Source: an uncultured Ignavibacteriales bacterium (GTDB taxonomy: Bacteria > Zixibacteria > MSB-5A5 > GN15 > JACZUZ01). From it: DNA of 41,737 nt. The stretch lies in assembly GCA_964516945.1 (NCBI GenBank), contig CAZFAL010000003.1:1-41737 (forward strand), given 5' to 3'. Each line of letters opens with the position of its first letter. Position 1 is the first letter of the stretch. Under the pieces are notes generated by a model. That model did no database searches, had not been told where the DNA came from, and was given only the letters and a program-made list of their open reading frames with translations. The translations under genes were made by a program, and so were the position numbers. Of the stretch, positions 35,670-41,737 are shown piece by piece.

Positions 35670-35984
35670 GTTGCAATCCCGCCTGTTAGACTAATGTGTG
35701 ACTATTCCAAGATGCTCCTTCTTGATCCACCGACCGACATGTGGGGATACCAAGCGGATACTGTCTACACCCTATAATTCGCAATTGTGAAAATCGAAAC
35801 AGGCAAATCCAGCGTTCGGATAAGCCTCAGCATGATTATAACCTGTTTAGAGAAAAAAGCAATGAAAAAGTCAAAGAATCTCTCCCTAAGATACTTTCTC
35901 ACAACAAGTTGCAAAGTCTTGCATAATCTACGTTCCAGCGCCGCCTAAGGAAACACTGGGCAAAGAAGTCAAAGAGGAAGAGAA

Positions 35985-37193
35985 TTAGAATTTCTTCTGA
36001 TATGCGTGGCAATAGGGTTTCTTGCCGTTGTGATCATAGTAGTCCTGATGATAATTCTCAGCCGGCCAGAACTTGTCCGCCTTAACTACTTCAGTGGCAA
36101 CATCATACCCCTTTTCACGCAACAGTCCAATGAGCTTCTCTGTTATCTTCCTTTGATTGTCATCTACATAGAACACAACAGAACGGTACTGCGGACCAAT
36201 GTCCGGCCCCTGACGATTCACCTGATCCGGGTCGTGAATCTCAAAAAACAATCGCGCCAGAGTCTCAAAATTGGTTTTGGCAGGGTCATATTCGACCTCG
36301 ACCGTTTCCGCGTGGCCGGTCGTCCCACTGCATACCCTCTCATAGCTGGGATTGTCCACATGGCCACCCATATATCCAACTCGCGCCTCTATCACACCAT
36401 CGGACTTTTCCAGAAAATATTCTGTCCCCCAAAAACAACCGCCGGCAAAATAGGCCTTTGCGGTTTTCTTGCCCTTCGCTTCAGCGACCCTAACTTGTTC
36501 GGCGGCTCTTTCATCCGAAACTACCACAGTGTCACTTGCGGCTTTTCCTGTGGTGTCACCGGCCGGCAGAGAAGCTTCCTCTTCTTCTGTTACAAAGCTC
36601 AGAGAAACTGAATTCACACAATGACGCGTGTTCTTCTCGGTAAAGCGCTCCCCACGGAAAACATGTCCCAGATGGGCTCCGCATTTCGCGCAGACAATCT
36701 CTGTACGGCGACCGTCGGCGTCAGGGATTTCACGCACAGCGCCTTCGATTTCATCATCAAAACTCGGCCAGCCGCATCCGGCGTCAAACTTGTCCTCCGA
36801 CCGATACAAAGGCGCATTGCAACGTTTGCATTGATAGACACCCTCATCAGTATTGAGATAGTATTTCCCCGAAAACGGCGCCTCTGTGCCTTTACCGACA
36901 ATTACCCGCTCTTCCTCCGGTGTTAGCTTGTTCATATGTATCCCTCCCGCCCTTTTCGCTTCTCTTGAAGACCGTGATGATGCAGACTGTGATGATGCAG
37001 ACTGTGATGTTGAAGAGCCCGTTGAATCTGATACTTGTGATGGTGAGCCATTCGTTTCCGCAGTCAGAAATAACGTCACCGCTACAGCAGCCAGACCCAC
37101 ACCCGCCAACGAGCTGAAGAATCCTTTTTTCAAGGCCCGGCGCGCTCCCAGGCGCCTGGCGCCGTTACCTGTATTCTTTCTTCGCTTGTTCAT
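35985..37193 (-). CDS. msrAB: Bifunctional methionine sulfoxide reductase MsrB-MsrA with N-terminal export-like segment
   Basis: MsrB: GTE, CKRC, GCGWPSF, CAKC, HLGHVF, RHCVNS. MsrA: AGGCFWG, GHAE, YHQDY. Candidate starts are ATG 37193 and ATG 36935. Confidence 0.95.
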   Translation of the reverse strand: MNKRRKNTGNGARRLGARRALKKGFFSSLAGVGLAAVAVTLFLTAETNGSPSQVSDSTGSSTSQSASSQSASSRSSREAKRAGGIHMNKLTPEEERVIVGKGTEAPFSGKYYLNTDEGVYQCKRCNAPLYRSEDKFDAGCGWPSFDDEIEGAVREIPDADGRRTEIVCAKCGAHLGHVFRGERFTEKNTRHCVNSVSLSFVTEEEEASLPAGDTTGKAASDTVVVSDERAAEQVRVAEAKGKKTAKAYFAGGCFWGTEYFLEKSDGVIEARVGYMGGHVDNPSYERVCSGTTGHAETVEVEYDPAKTNFETLARLFFEIHDPDQVNRQGPDIGPQYRSVVFYVDDNQRKITEKLIGLLREKGYDVATEVVKADKFWPAENYHQDYYDHNGKKPYCHAYQKKF

Positions 37194-37200
37194 GTCAACT

Positions 37201-37228
37201 AATACGAAGAAAAACGTCGAACGGTTCC
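37201..37228 (-). promoter_or_regulatory. Candidate ECF-sigma promoter of msrAB
   Basis: GGAACC-N16-CGTATT, ending 7 nt before ATG 37193. Confidence 0.55.
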
Positions 37229-37274
37229 CCACAAGAGGATAAATCATCCTGCCCGCAATCCCTCCGGCTCATGC

Positions 37275-37311
37275 AAAAACACCCGCTGTCAAATCTGACA
37301 ACGGGTGTTTT
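37275..37311 (-). terminator. Intrinsic terminator of the PpiD-like gene
   Basis: AAAACACCCG(C)TGTCA-aatc-TGACA(A)CGGGTGTTTT stem with A/T tails, about 45 nt after the stop. Confidence 0.85.
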
Positions 37312-37354
37312 AGGAAATAATTTCAGAAGTGAATCCAGGAAGCGCGCATTGTCC

Positions 37355-39217
37355 CTACAGCGAATCTATCAATGTGCGCTGCTCCGCCAGTTGACGCTCA
37401 AGGAAGTTCTCCGAATGGGCCTCCTTAATCAACTGACTATACCACTTCTGCCAGACAGCGTTCTGTTTCTGTGATAACAAATCTGCGGCGACTGAATCAC
37501 TCGCGGCATTGAATTCCTCAAGACCGGGAGATTCCTTTTCGAGCAATTTGAAAATCGCCGCGCCACGATCCAACAACACCGGCTCGGAAATGTCACCTAT
37601 ATTAGCTAATCCGAATGCAGCGCCGACAGCCGCAGGATCTGAGCCAATCGGCGGCGGGAAAGCCGCGCTACGTGAGAACTTGGTGGTCTCAACATATTTC
37701 TGATTGTGCGCCCGTGCGGCCGCATCGAGTCCTTTTCCGTCCTGCGCTTCCTGATAAATCACTTTGGCTGTGTCCAGACAAAGCTTTTTGAGTTTCTCAT
37801 TCTTCACCAGATTCTCAACACTGGCGCGCACATCATCCAGCGCAAACTGACCTTTCGGCTTGATTTCAGTCAACTCCATCACAAAGAAATTCGACGGGTT
37901 ATCATAGATACCGGAGATATCACCCTGCTTGGCGTTAAAGGCCCATTCCGAGACAAAGTAATTTGACCCGAGAAACTGCACCGGATCGTTGCGACGAAAT
38001 GGAAGCGCTGTTTTTAGCTCCACTCCCAATTCTTCTGCGGCCTGCTCCATACCTTTTGTCTCTGCCAGAGCGCGAAAATCCCGCGCGTGGCGCTGAGCAA
38101 CTTCGACTGTTTGATCTGAAGCTTTCACTTGCAACAGAATATGCGCCGTATTGATGCTCACTGCCTTGGCCGGATCAGTTGTCTCTTTGTCGTCCTTGTC
38201 TTTCATACCCAGCAACTTGATGACATGCCAGCCGAAAGAACTGCGCACCGGATCTGAAGTTTCGCCAACCTTCAATGCTAAAGCGCCTTTGACATACGCA
38301 GAATCAAGATTACTGGTGGCGATATAACCAAGTTCACCACCATTTGGCGCAGAGGGCCCTTCGCTTAGGGAGCGCGCCAATTCTGCAAAATCCTGGGTTG
38401 TGTCACGCGCAGTATTTGCAATGTCCTGACAGTCGGTCCTGACTCTTTGCCAGTCCTCTTCAGTGATGTCTTTCGAGAAGAGAGCGATTCGCATCCCGCG
38501 ACGCTCTTCTGACTTGAAACGATATAAGTGAGAGTTATAATACTCGTTGATTTCCTCATCACTCGCTGAGACTATTGAATCCGGCAATGAAGAACTCGGG
38601 ATAGCGACAAATCCGAAACGCGCCAATTCGCGGGAACTGAGGAACTTGTCCTTGACTTCATCCTGAGTAATCCGCGCCGATGACGTTATGATATCCTGAA
38701 TCATTGATGTCCTCACTTGCGGACGAATAACTTGCTCAACCTGCGCCCACATCGGAGCATTCGACGGCTCAGCCATGATTTGGAGGTAGCGCTGATAATC
38801 AAACTTACCGTCAGTCTGGAATTGTGGCTGATTACGCATGAAAGCCGGAGGATTCAACCGCAAATAAGTGTAGACATCCTCATCACTGACAGTAATCCCC
38901 AGACGATCCATCTCCTGCTCAAGGGCCTTCTGCGCAACAATATTTGCCCAGGTTTGCTCTTTAATTCGCTGAAGGTCAGCGTCAGTCGGGTCTGTGTCGC
39001 TGTTTCCCAGTTGCTGATTGCGCGTGTTCTGATACGCATTGTTGTACACGTCGCGACTGATTTCCTCGCCATTTACCTCACCGGCCGCCGCAGTCGGCGC
39101 GCCATACTTATTGGAGTTGGCAATGTCCATGCCCCAGGCAAGGACAATTGTCCCGATAAAGGCGACAATACTGATATACGTGATAGGTTTAATCCAACTG
39201 CGAAATAAAGCAAACAT
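37355..39217 (-). CDS. PpiD/SurA-family periplasmic chaperone with parvulin domain
   Basis: N-terminal TM anchor, GEVNGEEI, FQTDGKFD, SEGPSAPNGGELG, SSFGWHVI, HILL; GGAG RBS before ATG 39217. Confidence 0.9.
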   Translation of the reverse strand: MFALFRSWIKPITYISIVAFIGTIVLAWGMDIANSNKYGAPTAAAGEVNGEEISRDVYNNAYQNTRNQQLGNSDTDPTDADLQRIKEQTWANIVAQKALEQEMDRLGITVSDEDVYTYLRLNPPAFMRNQPQFQTDGKFDYQRYLQIMAEPSNAPMWAQVEQVIRPQVRTSMIQDIITSSARITQDEVKDKFLSSRELARFGFVAIPSSSLPDSIVSASDEEINEYYNSHLYRFKSEERRGMRIALFSKDITEEDWQRVRTDCQDIANTARDTTQDFAELARSLSEGPSAPNGGELGYIATSNLDSAYVKGALALKVGETSDPVRSSFGWHVIKLLGMKDKDDKETTDPAKAVSINTAHILLQVKASDQTVEVAQRHARDFRALAETKGMEQAAEELGVELKTALPFRRNDPVQFLGSNYFVSEWAFNAKQGDISGIYDNPSNFFVMELTEIKPKGQFALDDVRASVENLVKNEKLKKLCLDTAKVIYQEAQDGKGLDAAARAHNQKYVETTKFSRSAAFPPPIGSDPAAVGAAFGLANIGDISEPVLLDRGAAIFKLLEKESPGLEEFNAASDSVAADLLSQKQNAVWQKWYSQLIKEAHSENFLERQLAEQRTLIDSL

Positions 39218-39554
39218 GGTTTTCTCCAAAAAAAGGGCTTCAATTACTTACAATACTCAGGGCAAAAAAATCTCCTGTTACAGCCTGACAACTGACATCT
39301 TCGACACCTCCGAACCAAAACAGGCGGACAAAGGCACGCGCTGTATTGCAAACTAACCTGCACTCCAATGTCACTACAACGCCGCAACTATACCTATTAT
39401 ACAATCTCTCCTAAAAGCTCGTTCTCACAAATTGATGGTTATTGGGAGTCTTGCCGACTCATCTCCGCCGCTTCTTCGAGTATCGGCGAAGATATCTCAC
39501 CCGCCACCGGAGGCAGTCTCCACTCGTACGCGCCGGAAAACGCTACGGCTGACC

Positions 39555-39582
39555 AATATACGCCACAACCGCCAATCGGCAA
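39555..39582 (-). promoter_or_regulatory. Sigma70-type promoter facing the PpiD-like gene
   Basis: TTGCCG-16nt-TATATT, the same architecture as the mtaB promoter. Confidence 0.5.
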
Positions 39583-39620
39583 GCGTCGTCTCGCATATTA
39601 TACGACACCAATTAGATGAT

Positions 39621-39696
39621 ACCGAGACAGAACCGCTACAAACCGTAACAAAACCGGCGCAAAACCGGCACAAAACCGGTACAACACGGGCACAGA
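39621..39696. repeat. About seven degenerate 11-bp tandem repeats (ACCG-N2-ACAAA)
   Basis: ACCGAGACAGA ACCGCTACAA ACCGTAACAAA ACCGGCGCAAA ACCGGCACAAA ACCGGTACAAC ACGGGCACAGA. Confidence 0.8.
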
Positions 39697-39831
39697 CAGA
39701 CACGCGCCTGAAGCAACCGGTGTCCTGAACTCATCCGCAAGATTCAGGCCAATTTACGCATCCTGCGTCTGAATCCAGACACCCCGAAATCAGAATAAAG
39801 CGTCAGAATAGCGAAGTCTGAGTGTTTGAGA

Positions 39832-39861
39832 TTGACTTATGTGGAGCTTTCGGGGTAGAAT
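39832..39861 (+). promoter_or_regulatory. Sigma70-type promoter of the M23 gene
   Basis: TTGACT-18nt-TAGAAT, ending 6 nt before ATG 39868. Confidence 0.6.
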
Positions 39862-39867
39862 CACTTG

Positions 39868-41737
39868 ATGAGAACAAATCCACACCAACAGGACTTCAAC
39901 CCGCATATTCCAGACTCCATTCGGCCCGGTAGAGAGCAGGAAACCCGTAACTTATTGCTATATATACTACTACTGGCTGTATTCGCCGTGTCTTCCAACG
40001 CCATCGCAGGTGAGTCTGCGCAAAAAAAATCTGCCACCACCCCTATCTGGCCTATGCCGGCGCGCACTGATTTTTCCTCCGGCTTCGGAGACTATCGCCC
40101 CGGACGGTTCCATTATGGCCTTGATCTGCGCACCGGAGACAACCGGCTGGCTGTTGTAGCGCCGGTTGACGGCTATGTCTCGCAAATCTGGGTGCAATAC
40201 TTTGGTTACGGCCGCGCGCTGTATTTTTCCGGCGATGACGGCCGCACGTATGTCTTTGCGCATCTGGATCATTACGCCCCGGCAATCGACAAGGCCGTGC
40301 GCGCAATTCAGGTGCAAAAAGAGCGCTATTTTGTCCGTGAGTGGTTCGAACCTGAGCGCTTCCGTTTGCATCAGGGGGACACGCTGGCCTTCTCCGGCAA
40401 AACCGGCATCGGAGCGCCACACATGCACTTCGAAATCCGTGACCGGGAGAATGTCCCGCAATCCCCGCTGAGACAGGGGTTGCACATAGACGATAAGACC
40501 GGCCCGCAAATCAAAGCGCTCACCTTCCGCTATCTTGACCACCGAACGCTCTTCGCCACCGGCGAGCGAACGAAGACACTGCCCGCAGACTTTGTCGGCA
40601 AAGACGCCGAAGGCGCTTCTCATTACAATCTGAACGCATTCCCCTATCTCAGCGCCCCGTTCGGACTAATCGTCTCCGCCCGTGACTACCCCACGAACTC
40701 AAAATTTGACGCCAGCCCGCGTGAGTTGCGGTATCGTATCGGCAAATCAGCTATCCCGGACACGCTTGCCGAGAACGCAGGAGCCAATACAGGCGTCATC
40801 CTCTATCAAACATTGTTCAGGCGCACGCTTGATTCCTTGAGTTACAGCGACGGTGCGCTGGCGCTGGATGTCTATGACCAGACCCGCGCCTTGCATGGTG
40901 ACAAGAATTCATATTTGCTCTATCAACGTCGCCCGAACCGGCTCACAGGAAGTGAAACAGATTCAACAGCGGATTTTCGTCCGGGACGATTTCCGGTGTA
41001 TCCTACCCGCCCCGCAAAGAAACTCTATGGTGTCTATCCGGCGCGGGTTGACGTCACCGACGCCTCAGGGAATCGGTCGACACTCGACTATTCGTTTTGT
41101 TACGGCCCACCCGGAGATTTGTTCACTGTCACAGACATCAGTTCCGGCTCAGCGTTGCTGACCACTCAACACCGAAAACTGCTCAAGCGCCGCCTCCTCT
41201 TTGGCGATTTACTTATCTATGAACTCAAAGACAACGGTGGGTGGAAAGTTGCAGAAAACGCAACAGTCGAACGCGCAGGTAAAGACGCGTATCGTGTCAC
41301 GATCGCCGAACATACGCGAAATCGCAAACGCATCTTCAGAGCTGTTCTGAAAGGCCATGACGGCTGGTATAAACCGGATGTGATTTTCAGCAATATCCCG
41401 GCGCCATCTAAAACGAAACTCACGCTTGGCTATCAACTGGCTGACGGCGGCCTGTATGTAACAGCGACAACCAACTCGGTGACGACTGAAGCGCCGGAAT
41501 TGCAGGCGCTATCCTCCGCCGGGACCACACAGGAACTGACCGTGCGTCAGACTGGAGCCAAATCGTTCCGCGCCTTTCTGCCGTTTATGCTATCGCAACA
41601 GCCGATTGTAGCCCTACGCGCCTATCTTCCGGCAAATGCAACTCAACCGTCCGCTGAAATCAAGGGCCTGCGCATTGGGGCTCCGGCGCAGATGACGCAC
41701 GCTCCCGACCGGCTCGACAAAGAATATGAGATTATCG
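39868..41737 (+). CDS. M23 family metallopeptidase (runs off the window)
   Basis: Not in the ORF track. Manual translation from ATG 39868 found no stop: hydrophobic segment LLLYILLLAVFAV, SGFGDYR...FHYGLD (HxxxD), YVFAHL, GAPHMHFEIRD (HxH). Confidence 0.92.
   Translation, partial: MRTNPHQQDFNPHIPDSIRPGREQETRNLLLYILLLAVFAVSSNAIAGESAQKKSATTPIWPMPARTDFSSGFGDYRPGRFHYGLDLRTGDNRLAVVAPVDGYVSQIWVQYFGYGRALYFSGDDGRTYVFAHLDHYAPAIDKAVRAIQVQKERYFVREWFEPERFRLHQGDTLAFSGKTGIGAPHMHFEIRDRENVPQSPLRQGLHIDDKTGPQIKALTFRYLDHRTLFATGERTKTLPADFVGKDAEGASHYNLNAFPYLSAPFGLIVSARDYPTNSKFDASPRELRYRIGKSAIPDTLAENAGANTGVILYQTLFRRTLDSLSYSDGALALDVYDQTRALHGDKNSYLLYQRRPNRLTGSETDSTADFRPGRFPVYPTRPAKKLYGVYPARVDVTDASGNRSTLDYSFCYGPPGDLFTVTDISSGSALLTTQHRKLLKRRLLFGDLLIYELKDNGGWKVAENATVERAGKDAYRVTIAEHTRNRKRIFRAVLKGHDGWYKPDVIFSNIPAPSKTKLTLGYQLADGGLYVTATTNSVTTEAPELQALSSAGTTQELTVRQTGAKSFRAFLPFMLSQQPIVALRAYLPANATQPSAEIKGLRIGAPAQMTHAPDRLDKEYEII

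Noticed and set aside
35670-35984. Sigma54/PrsR promoter for the PEP-CTERM gene
   Set aside because: No GG-N10-GC match found on the minus strand; the nearest candidate, TGGAACG...ATGC, has 12-nt spacing.
40340-40360. GGTTCGAACC resembling a tRNA T-arm
   Set aside because: It lies inside the M23 coding frame with no cloverleaf or acceptor stem.
39970-40623. 217-aa minus-strand ORF
   Set aside because: It is antisense to the M23 peptidase, which has intact catalytic motifs on the plus strand.

Overview
A chromosomal window from a diderm, flagellated bacterium. Gene content (CTD-bearing lamin-tail protein, PorV-like barrel, cmk-plsC-rpsA, recurring TATATT -10 motif) suggests an FCB-group lineage such as Zixibacteria, but this is inference only. 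Bases 1-12.4 kb hold a minus-strand flagellar operon: motE/flbB-like, fliK, flgD, TIGR02530-type gene, flgE, fliL, fliM, fliN, fliO, fliP, fliQ, fliR and flhB (partial). It lacks flbD/motAB, has a candidate sigma54/IHF/upstream-repeat promoter, and has several structured GGA-rich spacers. The rest is housekeeping and envelope genes: mtaB, rpsA, plsC, cmk, a YtoQ-family gene, a GT-C glycosyltransferase, a PspC/LiaF-like module, pcm, holA, an apparently catalytically dead RNase HI-fold protein, rnr, a sigma54 activator, a coupled barrel/lamin-tail-CTD/barrel/dGTPase operon, a PEP-CTERM protein, MsrB-MsrA, a PpiD-like chaperone and an M23 peptidase (partial). The most notable unannotated signals are: (1) three copies of a 132-145 bp MITE with terminal inverted repeats, 4-bp target duplications and a REP-like core, two of which supply the C-termini of mtaB and plsC; (2) the T9SS-like barrel/CTD operon; (3) the pseudo-RNase H; (4) a probable dual-start (exported and cytoplasmic) MsrBA. 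I found no rRNA, tRNA, CRISPR array or transposase. All calls come from reading motifs by eye; no searches were run.
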